A DNA stretch of 35,296 nt, taken from the NCBI GenBank assembly GCA_002502295.1, contig DANX01000042.1, positions 6,721 to 42,016 of the forward strand, written 5' to 3'. The notes beneath the pieces were generated by a model, which was not told the origin of the DNA, did not search any database, and saw only the letters and a list, made by a program, of their open reading frames with translations. This DNA is from Euryarchaeota archaeon UBA561. GTDB lineage: Archaea > Thermoplasmatota > Poseidoniia > Poseidoniales > Poseidoniaceae. Positions 8,321 to 17,635 of the stretch are shown here, in pieces (the stretch's first letter is position 1; each line of letters begins with the position of its first letter). A program made the translations under genes and the position numbers.

Positions 8321-10966
8321 TCACATGCCAGCGTTCCGTTCCGCTTGAGCAACGGTTCTTTTCACGGCGAGGGCGGTGTCGGGTGTGACCGAAATGCTGG
8401 TGATGCCACAATCGATCAGGAAAGGAGGGTACTCATCGGGAAAATCGGACGGGGCTTGGCCACAAATACCGATCTCTAGGCCCTTGGCGTTGAATTTGGA
8501 GACGATGTCCCTGATCATGGATTTCACGGCAGGAGATCGAGCATCGACCGGGTTTTGATAGCCTTCCAAATCGTCTCTGGAAACTGCGTACACCGTCTGT
8601 ACGAGGTCATTTGATCCAATAGAACCGCCTGTCAGCTCCATCATCTCCATGAAGCGGTCGGCTTCAATGGCGTTTGAAGGGAGTTCAACCATCACAAACA
8701 AGTCCGTTCCGGATGTTGGACCAATTCTGTTTTCTTCCAAGAGATTCTTCACCATCTCGCCTTCCTCTGGCGTTCTGCAAAACGGGATCATCAGTTGCAA
8801 ATTGTCCAACCCGAAGTCGTATTTGACGGACTTCATCGCTTCAATTTCCATCTCAAATGCTGGACGGAACTTTTCATCCAGGTAGCGCGACGCACCTCGC
8901 CAGGCAATCATTGGGTTCTCCTCTACGGGCTCAAAAATTGATCCGCCGAGCAGTTCTCTGTACTCGTTTGATTTGAAATCTGAAAGACGAACGAGCACGG
9001 GGCGAGGATAAAACGCCGCACAGATCAATCCCACACCTTCTCGGAGCTTATCGACGAACAAATCAGCCTTCCTCTCATAGGCCCATGCCCGACTGTCCAA
9101 GGACTCAACCAAGGTTCGGACCTCGTTGATGTCGACGGCCTCGAAGGACTCCTGATAGGGTTTCAGTTCATCGGGGAGGTCCCCGGATTCGACGTACGCT
9201 TTCATGGCGGCGTGGTGGACAAAGGCAAGAGGATGAATGCCGAGTTCAGAAGAGAGAATGAATTCGATTCTCGCGAGGCCGACTCCATCCACGGGAAGGC
9301 GCGAATCGGCGAGCGATTTGGTTGGAAATCCGACGTTCAGCTTTATTTTGGTCTTTAATTCAAGCGATTCGTCAAAGAAAACCTCTTCGATTTCAAACGG
9401 TACTTCCCCGGAGTAAACATACCCAACGTCTCCTTCAGCACAGCTGCCAGTGACCTCACCGTAATTGGGGAGATCCATGGCGTCGGAACAACCAACAATG
9501 GCTGGAATGCCGAATTCACGGGCGATAATCGCCGCATGAGACGTGCGCCCACCCTTCCGGGTGATGATGAGGGAAGCTTGCTTCATCAACGGCTCCCAAT
9601 CTGGTGTGGTCATTTCTGTGACGAGGACGTCCCCATCATCAAACACTGAAAGTTCGGGTGAAATTTCTTCGCGGGACATTCCGCTGTCCAACATTTTCCG
9701 AAGTTCTCGCTTCCCTTCCAACACTTCGGCATACGTGCGATAGAGGCGGACTTTTCCAGTCCCAATACGCTTTCCAACGGCTTGTCCTGTGGCCATAACT
9801 CGTCCTTCGTCCTTGAGTTGTTGGGCCATGATTTCATCGATTTTGTAAACGGTCATCATGTTACTACGGGCTCTGGAGTGAATCGTTTCAGGTCGGGCTT
9901 GTACGATGTACAACTCCCCATTGATGCCGTCTTTCGCCCATTCAATGTCCATAGGTCGCTGGAAGTAGTCCTCTATTTTGAGCGCCATGTGGGCCAGTTC
10001 AACGCATTCCTCCTTCGTCAACGACCAGCGACGGCGGTCTTCAAAGGGCACGGCGATGGATTGGACTTCATTGGCAGCTTCTTCGTGGTACACCATCATT
10101 TGATCTTTTGAACCGAGGGTGCGATGGACAATCGGAAATTTTCCCTCCCGCAGACCCTCTTTCCAAACGGTGAAGGTGTCAGGGGAAACCACGCCCTGGA
10201 CCACCAACTCACCAAGTCCGTATGACGAACCAACGTGGATAACGCCCTCGTGTCCCGAGTCAGGATCGATGGTGAACATGACACCAGAACTGCCTTTGTC
10301 CGATCTTGCCATTTTCATCACCACAACGGCGATGGCGCTGTCGAGGGGATGCATGTCGTGCTCCAAATGGTAACCGATGGCGCGCTCGGTGAACATGCTC
10401 GCCACGCATCTGCGCCATTTTTCGATGATGTCCTGCTCACCGCTTACATTGAGATAGGACTCATACTGTCCTGCAAACGAGGCTTCTGCTGAATCTTCGG
10501 TTGTGGCTGAGGAGCGGACGGCAACGTCAACTCCGGGAGCGTACATTTCGCAAAGTTTCCCGTATTCTGATGCGATAACGGATCGAATGCTTTCCGGAAC
10601 CGGAGTCTCCCTTACCAGCGAGCGAGCAAGAGCAGCACGGCTGTTGAGATTGAGGTGGTCGGTGGAGTCTGCGTCCCGCAAACACACCTCAAGGGCTTCA
10701 CTCAGCGTTGGGGCTTTGATGGCAGCCTCACGAAGCTCGTCCACTTCTTCTGGCGCCCCCACGTTCTTCCATGTGGCCTCCGGTATGTCGGCGGTGATGA
10801 ACCGTTGAAAGGCTTCGGTGGTCAAGGTGAAACCGTTTGGCACCTTCACACCGATGGTGGACAGTTTCTGAAACATCTCGCCCAAGGAAGCCCCTTTTCC
10901 TCCCACGGTTGAAGTGTCGTTCATGTCGGCTTGGTCGAACCATTGTGCAAGGGGAGGGTTTTGCAT
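8321..10966 (-). CDS. ppsA: Phosphoenolpyruvate synthase (pyruvate, water dikinase)
   Basis: VGGKGASLGEM, VAVRSSATTED, DIEWAKDG, phospho-His GGRTSHAAIIARE, RLSDFKSNEY, EENPM, GICGQAPSD. Confidence 0.95.
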   Translation of the reverse strand: MQNPPLAQWFDQADMNDTSTVGGKGASLGEMFQKLSTIGVKVPNGFTLTTEAFQRFITADIPEATWKNVGAPEEVDELREAAIKAPTLSEALEVCLRDADSTDHLNLNSRAALARSLVRETPVPESIRSVIASEYGKLCEMYAPGVDVAVRSSATTEDSAEASFAGQYESYLNVSGEQDIIEKWRRCVASMFTERAIGYHLEHDMHPLDSAIAVVVMKMARSDKGSSGVMFTIDPDSGHEGVIHVGSSYGLGELVVQGVVSPDTFTVWKEGLREGKFPIVHRTLGSKDQMMVYHEEAANEVQSIAVPFEDRRRWSLTKEECVELAHMALKIEDYFQRPMDIEWAKDGINGELYIVQARPETIHSRARSNMMTVYKIDEIMAQQLKDEGRVMATGQAVGKRIGTGKVRLYRTYAEVLEGKRELRKMLDSGMSREEISPELSVFDDGDVLVTEMTTPDWEPLMKQASLIITRKGGRTSHAAIIAREFGIPAIVGCSDAMDLPNYGEVTGSCAEGDVGYVYSGEVPFEIEEVFFDESLELKTKIKLNVGFPTKSLADSRLPVDGVGLARIEFILSSELGIHPLAFVHHAAMKAYVESGDLPDELKPYQESFEAVDINEVRTLVESLDSRAWAYERKADLFVDKLREGVGLICAAFYPRPVLVRLSDFKSNEYRELLGGSIFEPVEENPMIAWRGASRYLDEKFRPAFEMEIEAMKSVKYDFGLDNLQLMIPFCRTPEEGEMVKNLLEENRIGPTSGTDLFVMVELPSNAIEADRFMEMMELTGGSIGSNDLVQTVYAVSRDDLEGYQNPVDARSPAVKSMIRDIVSKFNAKGLEIGICGQAPSDFPDEYPPFLIDCGITSISVTPDTALAVKRTVAQAERNAGM

Positions 10967-11053
10967 GATGCTAAACCCGCTATGGAACTAATAAGCGCGC
11001 GTTTTTTACAAGGGAATGTGCAATGGCTTTCAGCGGTTTAGAACGATGAAACC

Positions 11054-12127
11054 TCACTTTCTCAAGGCACGTAACTTCGCTTGAAGGGCCGACGTGCGGT
11101 CGTCAACCGCCTGTGAGGGTGAAGAACCAGACTCAAGACGGCGCGCGAGCATCTCTCGGTCCCATACCATGACGCTGCCGTCTTCACAGCCAATGGCGGC
11201 ACGTTGAGATGTGCCGTGCATGGCGCGGACCCGTGAAAATTGACCAGTCGCTTTCCGGTGTCCTTGGTTCGTCGCCCACACGTTGACGATGCTGTTCACA
11301 CCATCGTCTCGGGCCAGCCACAATTGCGAAGCCCCGTCCTGCTCCATGGCCTCCACCTGCATCGACACCGGTGCTCCATCCGAGGACCAACACATCTCGC
11401 CTTCATCGGTCCGCCCAACCGCCAGTCCAGTATCGCTGGTTGCCACGTAACCCTTCACCATGCACGTGATGTGTTCAATGGCGCTGTTTTCAGTAGACAG
11501 TACCGTTCCGAGGTGCGAAACGACGACTCCATCGGTTTGTCCAAACAGTCCTTGAGTCCGTCCATCTGAACCACTGGTTGTGGGTGAGTCCGTTGGCGAC
11601 GTGGTGTGGCCAAAAGGAGGTGCGTCTGAAATGTCAAGATGTCCGCATCGTGGCCGGCCCAATCCAGCGAGCAACGCCTCACCGGTTTGAACAAGGGCCC
11701 ATGGCCGTTCGTCCATCCGTTCAACCCAAAGCAAGGTTCCGTCAGGAGAAATACGCCACACAGCGGATTCAATGAAATCGTTGTGCTCGATGTCATAGAC
11801 GGAGGAGAGCGCAACAATGTCGCCTTGCCACCACACAAGTTCATCTGCGCTTCCCTCCAGTGCCAATGACCAACGCTCTTCACCGGTGTTTCGGTCAAGA
11901 GAGACAACATGCAAGCCGCTGGCAACAACGACCTGGTGTTCACTCAGGGCAATGGAACTGATGCGATCGGCCGTTTTCGCAGTCCAACGATGCTGGCCAT
12001 CTTCGGCCCAATGGGTCAAGCGACCATGCCATCCACCGGCAAACACGTCCTGTTCAGAAGTCAAATGAACCATGGAAACCGGTTGGTCTAAACTCCGGAC
12101 CATCCATGTCGCTCCGTTCAGGTCCAT
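11054..12127 (-). CDS. PQQ-like/WD40-like beta-propeller repeat protein
   Basis: Repeated blade-like units (DGQHRW, TGEERW, DGTLLW, EGEMCW; GCEDGSVMVWD). Start set at ATG 12127. Confidence 0.65.
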   Translation of the reverse strand: MDLNGATWMVRSLDQPVSMVHLTSEQDVFAGGWHGRLTHWAEDGQHRWTAKTADRISSIALSEHQVVVASGLHVVSLDRNTGEERWSLALEGSADELVWWQGDIVALSSVYDIEHNDFIESAVWRISPDGTLLWVERMDERPWALVQTGEALLAGLGRPRCGHLDISDAPPFGHTTSPTDSPTTSGSDGRTQGLFGQTDGVVVSHLGTVLSTENSAIEHITCMVKGYVATSDTGLAVGRTDEGEMCWSSDGAPVSMQVEAMEQDGASQLWLARDDGVNSIVNVWATNQGHRKATGQFSRVRAMHGTSQRAAIGCEDGSVMVWDREMLARRLESGSSPSQAVDDRTSALQAKLRALRK

Positions 12128-12261
12128 GCAACGAGGAAGACCTCCCCCGCCATAAGCAGGTCGCCTCACGGCGTCAGGTTCGTCGGAATTGGGAACCGTT
12201 TGGTGAAGGCGAGCAAAAAAGAAAGGCTACCTCGAACAACACGCGCTAGAGATGAAGGCCC

Positions 12262-12729
12262 ATGATGACGCTTGAACGGATTCACAAGGCACAGCAGGCG
12301 TGGGGTGATGGGATTGTTGCCATGGCAACGGCTCATCTGCATGGAGGAGATTATGTCAGCATCGCCCAAAACCACGTCGAAACCCTGTATGCTTACGGAA
12401 TGAGCACGGTGTTGTTCAAGCCAACCCTCGCCGCAATTGAACAATTCCGGCCGACGTTTGAACAGGCCCTTTCCTACTTTGTTGCCTCAAACAACGCTTG
12501 CCTGGAAGACACGGGCTTTGCCATTAAAGGGTGGACCAAGGTGAGATTCGAAAACGCAGACATCCTCCTCCACGAGACCACAGCATTGGCCATGGGAAAC
12601 TACTTTTTCACGCCCCTGGAAGGCAATGAGGTCAAGGTGGAATACACGTTTGGTTACGTGCTGGACGAAACCGGCGCACTGCGCATTAATCTGCACCACT
12701 CATCAATGCCCGCACCTTCCGAAGAATAA
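12262..12729 (+). CDS. COG4337-like NTF2/SnoaL-fold protein, candidate iota-type carbonic anhydrase
   Basis: LFKPT, ALSYFV, EDxGFA, WxxVRFEN, AMGNYFF, KVEYTFGY and C-terminal LHHSSxP. Confidence 0.7.
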   Translation: MMTLERIHKAQQAWGDGIVAMATAHLHGGDYVSIAQNHVETLYAYGMSTVLFKPTLAAIEQFRPTFEQALSYFVASNNACLEDTGFAIKGWTKVRFENADILLHETTALAMGNYFFTPLEGNEVKVEYTFGYVLDETGALRINLHHSSMPAPSEE

Positions 12730-12742
12730 GTCTCTAACAGGT

Positions 12743-13624
12743 TTACAGCAAAGGGATTCGGCGCCGAGGGATGGCGAACGTTAACACAAACGCAAGCAGA
12801 CCAAAAATGCAGGCCGACCAATAGTGCCCCACGGTAAAGAACACCACGACGGATGAAGTTCTAAGCAACACAATTGAACCCGATTTCAGTGCCCAAAGTG
12901 AAAATCCAGCGGCGATAAGGGCAAGTCCCATGAACGCAAAGCCAACCAAGATGTACACGGCCGCCGCGCTGGAGTCCATCAAGGGATGATCTTGTTGAGA
13001 AGGCGTCCTGTCCACCGTGCGAATTTCACAATCCTCGGAGGCTCCCTTGCAGGGCTGTTCGGCAAAGGTCTCCTCCGAGGGGAATTCAAAATCGATCGAG
13101 GTAAAACCAATCGGTTCGATCAACGCTGGTGGAGACAGAAGAACACGGTTGGAATAGACATCGCGGTGGCCATCGCGATAAACGAGAATGTCCACAAGAA
13201 TCAAACCGGGGTCCAATTGTTCGAAAGAAAAATACCCGGATTCATCGGTTATGTTTTCTTCCGACACCCACATGCCCATGGTTTCATCCAACCAGGACAG
13301 GAAGACCGTTGCGTTCTCCATTGGCCGACCGGTCTCGTCCGACACCGTTCCCGTAAAGGTGGCTGTATCGTCTGGAGCCGTGAGCCCCAGCCGGTAGACA
13401 AATTCATCCGGTCGCACGAGGCCATCGTCGGGCGAGGCGTAATCCAGTCCATTGAGGAAGCCCATCATGCAGGTGAACAGGAGGAAAACGGCCGTTGCCT
13501 TTCCAATGGGATGCAGCGTAGGGTCTTCGATGGTAAGGACGGCCTCGGATGAGGCAAACAACACGGGCGACTCATCCGACATTTCGTCAAGATAGGTCGC
13601 ATCGTCCTCAGCGTCCCCCGACAT
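12743..13624 (-). CDS. Membrane protein with carboxypeptidase-regulatory-like (prealbumin-fold) domain
   Basis: One N-terminal TM segment, GTVSDETGRPMENATV...TDESGYFSF, and about 3 C-terminal TM segments. Confidence 0.7.
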   Translation of the reverse strand: MSGDAEDDATYLDEMSDESPVLFASSEAVLTIEDPTLHPIGKATAVFLLFTCMMGFLNGLDYASPDDGLVRPDEFVYRLGLTAPDDTATFTGTVSDETGRPMENATVFLSWLDETMGMWVSEENITDESGYFSFEQLDPGLILVDILVYRDGHRDVYSNRVLLSPPALIEPIGFTSIDFEFPSEETFAEQPCKGASEDCEIRTVDRTPSQQDHPLMDSSAAAVYILVGFAFMGLALIAAGFSLWALKSGSIVLLRTSSVVVFFTVGHYWSACIFGLLAFVLTFAIPRRRIPLL

Positions 13625-13645
13625 GCTTCTTGGGAAGTGGGCGCC

Positions 13646-15025
13646 CTACTTGATGTCAATGCGTGCGCCCCACCGAGCCGCAAGTTGGGAACGACACGTT
13701 TTGCTCATCCAAACACTCACGGTGATTGACCCGTCTGTTTCTCGTGTATCCTCCTCGACCATGCCTTGTTCATAGATGGCCGATACAATGCGTTCACTCG
13801 CATCGGGAAGGGCACGAGTTGGAGGGTGAATGTGAATGAGAAACGGTGACCCGAACAACCTTTTTCGAATGAAATGTTGGAGTTCGCTAACGCCTTCTCC
13901 GGTTATGGATGAAAGGGCGACTGGTGGCGGGAAACCTTGCTGAATGACAAGCTCAGAAACCACGGCGAGTTGGTCTAGAGAGACCTTGTCCATTTTCGTC
14001 AGGACAACGTAGGGGGAGCGCCCTTCATCAAGCGGTTCCGGTTCGTGTTCTTGGCGCTCCAACACTTCGCGCCGGGTGGTCTCCAACTTACGGGCGACCT
14101 CGGGTACTGGGTCGGAGGTGTCAACCAAAATGAGGGTTAAATCGGCATCTAGTGCTTCAGCAATAGTTGCTTTAAACGCTGTTAGTGTGGCATTTGGTAT
14201 GTTATCAATAAAACCAATGGTGTCAGCCAACAGAATGCGGGGGCTTTTCTCCATCCTGCCCACCGTGGTCTCGAGCGTGGAAAACAGCTGGTCTTCAACC
14301 AACACTGGCTTTCCCGATAAATGTTGGAAAAGAGATGACTTACCGGCGTTGGTGTATCCAACAAATCCAACGGTCATCGCTCCACTGCGAACGCGTTGTC
14401 GTCGGTGTTCGCGTTGTGCATTGACGTGCCGCTTTTGTCGGCGACGAAGGTTTGTCAACTCTCGATTGAGATTCGCAATGACGTTTTGGAGGGCGGTCAC
14501 TCCACCTCCACCATAACCTGCCCGCTCACCGGTTGTTTGTTGTTGAGCAAGTTCCCTCAGGATGGTACGGTCTGATTGAAGCTGAGCGATTCGAACCTGC
14601 GTTCTCGCTTCAACCGAGGAAGCGTGAGCCGTGAACAGGGCGAGGAGAAGGCGGACGCGGTCCCAAACCTCGACGCCCAGGGCTTGGCCAACACCAACGA
14701 GTTGACGAGGCGTGGCATTTGTGTGAATAATGGCCAAGTCAACCCCTTCCCACGGATGGCCAGACAACGTGCTTCTCCGCTCATCTGCAATGTCCTCAAG
14801 ACGCCCCTTTCCGAAATACGTTCTTGGATCTACGTGCCCGCCTTGCAACACGGTTTCAACGATGGTGATTCCCATGGTCTCGGCCAATGCCCTCAATTCT
14901 GTGGTGTCGTCTGCCCCACGAACAAGCAGGAGTGCTTTCCGCCCTTGATGGCTGGTTCTTGCCTCCCCCAAAACCACACCGCCGCTTCCAGCGACGACAA
15001 ACGGGTCGTCAGGGGGTTGAGCCAT
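13646..15025 (-). CDS. hflX: Ribosome-splitting GTPase HflX
   Basis: TYFGKGRL, WDRxxLxLxxF, G1 GYTNAGKSS, DQLFSTL, DTIGFI, TKMD. Start is 15025 or 15049. Confidence 0.92.
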   Translation of the reverse strand: MAQPPDDPFVVAGSGGVVLGEARTSHQGRKALLLVRGADDTTELRALAETMGITIVETVLQGGHVDPRTYFGKGRLEDIADERRSTLSGHPWEGVDLAIIHTNATPRQLVGVGQALGVEVWDRVRLLLALFTAHASSVEARTQVRIAQLQSDRTILRELAQQQTTGERAGYGGGGVTALQNVIANLNRELTNLRRRQKRHVNAQREHRRQRVRSGAMTVGFVGYTNAGKSSLFQHLSGKPVLVEDQLFSTLETTVGRMEKSPRILLADTIGFIDNIPNATLTAFKATIAEALDADLTLILVDTSDPVPEVARKLETTRREVLERQEHEPEPLDEGRSPYVVLTKMDKVSLDQLAVVSELVIQQGFPPPVALSSITGEGVSELQHFIRKRLFGSPFLIHIHPPTRALPDASERIVSAIYEQGMVEEDTRETDGSITVSVWMSKTCRSQLAARWGARIDIK

Positions 15026-15073
15026 GCTCACCGGGATGGTTAGTCTCATATCAGCCCACCTCAAGGCACCATC

Positions 15074-15301
15074 ATGACCGAACAGCACGAGATGGAGGTG
15101 CAGTGGTCTGGCGATTCAGCCCTCGGTGCGGCGCTGATTGCAGGGGCCAAAGAGCACGGACACGAACCGTCATCACAGGCGACCGAGGCGGGAGTGGAGT
15201 TCGTGATTACGGTCGTGGACGAGGACCTGCAATCGCTTCGCGACCGAGTGGATGACCTTCTGGTCATCCTCAGCGCCCTCGAAGAGGCACATCAAGGGTG
15301 A
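15074..15301 (+). CDS. Small protein resembling KEOPS subunit Pcc1
   Basis: 75 aa. The C-terminal 'ITVVDEDLQSLRDRVDDLL' resembles the Pcc1 strand-D-x-x-LR-helix pattern. Confidence 0.45.
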   Translation: MTEQHEMEVQWSGDSALGAALIAGAKEHGHEPSSQATEAGVEFVITVVDEDLQSLRDRVDDLLVILSALEEAHQG

Positions 15302-15305
15302 AGCC

Positions 15306-15665
15306 ATGTCCAAAACCACCGTTTTGATCGATGCACATTGCGTGATGTGTAACGGTATGGCTCGTTTTCTTCGTAAGCGAGTGAAACCATCGGTGGATTT
15401 TGACGTTCATGGCATTGAGTCTGAAGAAGGGCAAGCGATCATCGCTTCGTTCCCAGAACGTCTGCAAGCCATGGACACGGTTTATGTCGTTCGAAATGGA
15501 GAGCCACATGTTCGTTCAGCGGGAGCCATTCGCTTGCTGTTGTGCATGCGTTGGTACTACGCCATGTGGTTCCCATTGGCATGGATGGTCCCACTCCCAC
15601 TTCGCGACGGCGCATACTGGGTTGTTTCAAAGATAAGGCACCGCTTTGGCCGTGTTAGCGCTTAG
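15306..15665 (+). CDS. DCC1-like thiol-disulfide oxidoreductase (DUF393)
   Basis: N-terminal DxxCxxC (DAHCVMC), RSxGA, VPxPLRDxAY. Start set at ATG 15306. Confidence 0.88.
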   Translation: MSKTTVLIDAHCVMCNGMARFLRKRVKPSVDFDVHGIESEEGQAIIASFPERLQAMDTVYVVRNGEPHVRSAGAIRLLLCMRWYYAMWFPLAWMVPLPLRDGAYWVVSKIRHRFGRVSA

Positions 15666-16441
15666 AGGTCAAGATCCAAAACGACTGGAGCATGGTCGGA
15701 GACATCAATGCCGCCTTGCCGAACGATGCTGCAGTCAACCATGGCTTCGGCGGCAGCGGAGTTGAGCAGAAAGTAATCGATGCGCCACCCACGGTCCTTC
15801 GCACGTGCTTGACCACGGTTTGACCACCACGAGTAGACTTTGGCGCCATGACCGACCTTCTGGCGGAAGGCATCCACCCATCCATCAGATAGGAGATCCG
15901 AGAACCAGGAGCGTTCGTGAGGAAGAAACCCCGAACTTTTGGCGTTTCCTTTTGGATTCCAGATATCGTCTTCTGTGTGGGCAATGTTAAGGTCGCCACA
16001 AACCACAACAGGACGAGCGTCGCTCAAATAGGGGTGAATGAATTCCCGCCACTCTTGCATCCAACCTTCCTTGAATGTCTGCCGTTCGTCTTTGTTGGAC
16101 CCGCTTGGGAGGTAGGTGTTCACGCAGACCACGCCATTGACCTCGCATACCAACACGCGCCCTTCAAGGTCGTTCGGATCGAATGTTCCTCCCTTCCCCT
16201 TTGCCACCACAGCGTGCGGTTGAATGGATGCCGTTGCTACGCCGGAATATCCCTTTTTTTCAGCCGGATGAAGCGTGACATCCCACGCTGCAGGCCAAGC
16301 CCAGTCTTTGGGAAGTTGTTCCTCGAGGGTACGGGTCTCTTGAAGCATCATCACGTCAGCCTTCAAGTCATCGAAATAACCGTCAATTCCTTTTCGAATC
16401 GCCGCACGAAGACCATTTACATTCCAAGAAACGAAGCGCAT
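15662..16441 (-). CDS. xth: Exodeoxyribonuclease III / AP endonuclease
   Basis: SWNVNGLRA, LQET, GYSGVA, EGRV, GDLNIAH, YSWWS, GWRIDYF, SDHAPV. Confidence 0.95.
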   Translation of the reverse strand: MRFVSWNVNGLRAAIRKGIDGYFDDLKADVMMLQETRTLEEQLPKDWAWPAAWDVTLHPAEKKGYSGVATASIQPHAVVAKGKGGTFDPNDLEGRVLVCEVNGVVCVNTYLPSGSNKDERQTFKEGWMQEWREFIHPYLSDARPVVVCGDLNIAHTEDDIWNPKGNAKSSGFLPHERSWFSDLLSDGWVDAFRQKVGHGAKVYSWWSNRGQARAKDRGWRIDYFLLNSAAAEAMVDCSIVRQGGIDVSDHAPVVLDLDL

Positions 16442-16474
16442 GCTTGGAGGTCATCGGCGGAGGTGAATAAGGGT

Positions 16475-17560
16475 TCAAGCAATGTTTTGTCCGCATTGGC
16501 GCCCGGTATCGGCCGCAGCGTCCGCTAATTCATGAGCTGAGGCGACCCATTCGCCAGCGAGGAGAATGCCGTTGGATGCGTACGCATCGTAAGCGGGTTT
16601 CTTGCCTTCTGTTTGGATGACAATGCTCTCTTGTCGGCGTTCATTGAGAACGTGATGATGCCACCCCTTGGCGTGATGGTTTAGGAAGCGATCGAAACGA
16701 AGCAAGCGTTCGGATTTAGATTCGTTTTCCTTTTCAATCATGACCGCTGAAAGGAAGGACCCCTGCAATCCCAGTTTGGGTTGAACGTTGGCCACATCGA
16801 GCATGTAGGCTCCCTCTTCGGCGTCAATGATGCCGTGTTTTTCACCAAGCGGGCGTGAGGTGAGCGTTGCATCCAAGGTGCTTGCCCGAACCGGTGATAG
16901 TTCGGAAAAAGCCGCCGAATCAACCGAACGAAGAAGGCGTTCAGCTTGTTTCACGCCGCAAGCGAGAACGATAACATCGCTGTCAAACATACGTCCGTCC
17001 TTCAACCTCACGGAACCGCTTTTGATGCTCTCTACTTGGCAATGCGCTTCGATGAGAACCCCAACCTCATCAAGTGCAGCAGCCATTCGTCCCACGATAC
17101 CGGCCCAGCCCTCCCCCACAACGGCCAGTTTCCCTTTTTGCAGGGCTTTGTACCGCTCATCAAACCGTTGAACGCCCGAGCCGGCAAAAAGAGCCGCAGC
17201 GCAAACAGCAGGAGATGAAGGGTCTGCTTGTTTCAGCGCTCGCCGCAGTTGGGCGGCAAGGCGCACGTTGTTTCGCGGACGAAGCGCACCTACCCCTGCC
17301 ACATGAAGTCGGTCAAGGCGCGGACTGGAGAGAGCCACTCGAAGCCGGCTGACTTTCCGAACAACGTTCATCAGTGGGCCGCGTTGATGGAGCAAATGCA
17401 ACCCATAGCCAAACGGAGCCCCATCAACGGTCTGTGAGGTCGCTCTCCCACCAATTTGGTCGGTTCGATCAAGCACCACCACGTGATGGCCAGCCGTTAC
17501 GGCGTACAGCGCAGCGGTCAGGCCTGCAATGCCTGCTCCAACCACCGTGACACGAACCAT
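16475..17560 (-). CDS. FAD-dependent oxidoreductase (phytoene desaturase/amine oxidase-like)
   Basis: VVGAGIAGLTAA...GGRA and C-terminal LAGEWV. Confidence 0.8.
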   Translation of the reverse strand: MVRVTVVGAGIAGLTAALYAVTAGHHVVVLDRTDQIGGRATSQTVDGAPFGYGLHLLHQRGPLMNVVRKVSRLRVALSSPRLDRLHVAGVGALRPRNNVRLAAQLRRALKQADPSSPAVCAAALFAGSGVQRFDERYKALQKGKLAVVGEGWAGIVGRMAAALDEVGVLIEAHCQVESIKSGSVRLKDGRMFDSDVIVLACGVKQAERLLRSVDSAAFSELSPVRASTLDATLTSRPLGEKHGIIDAEEGAYMLDVANVQPKLGLQGSFLSAVMIEKENESKSERLLRFDRFLNHHAKGWHHHVLNERRQESIVIQTEGKKPAYDAYASNGILLAGEWVASAHELADAAADTGRQCGQNIA

Positions 17561-17635
17561 GTCACTCCCATGGGTTAGGCATCAAAAGGTCGTTGGAGGG
17601 GGTGCTTTCAAGAGGTAGCCTGCACTCCATTCATC

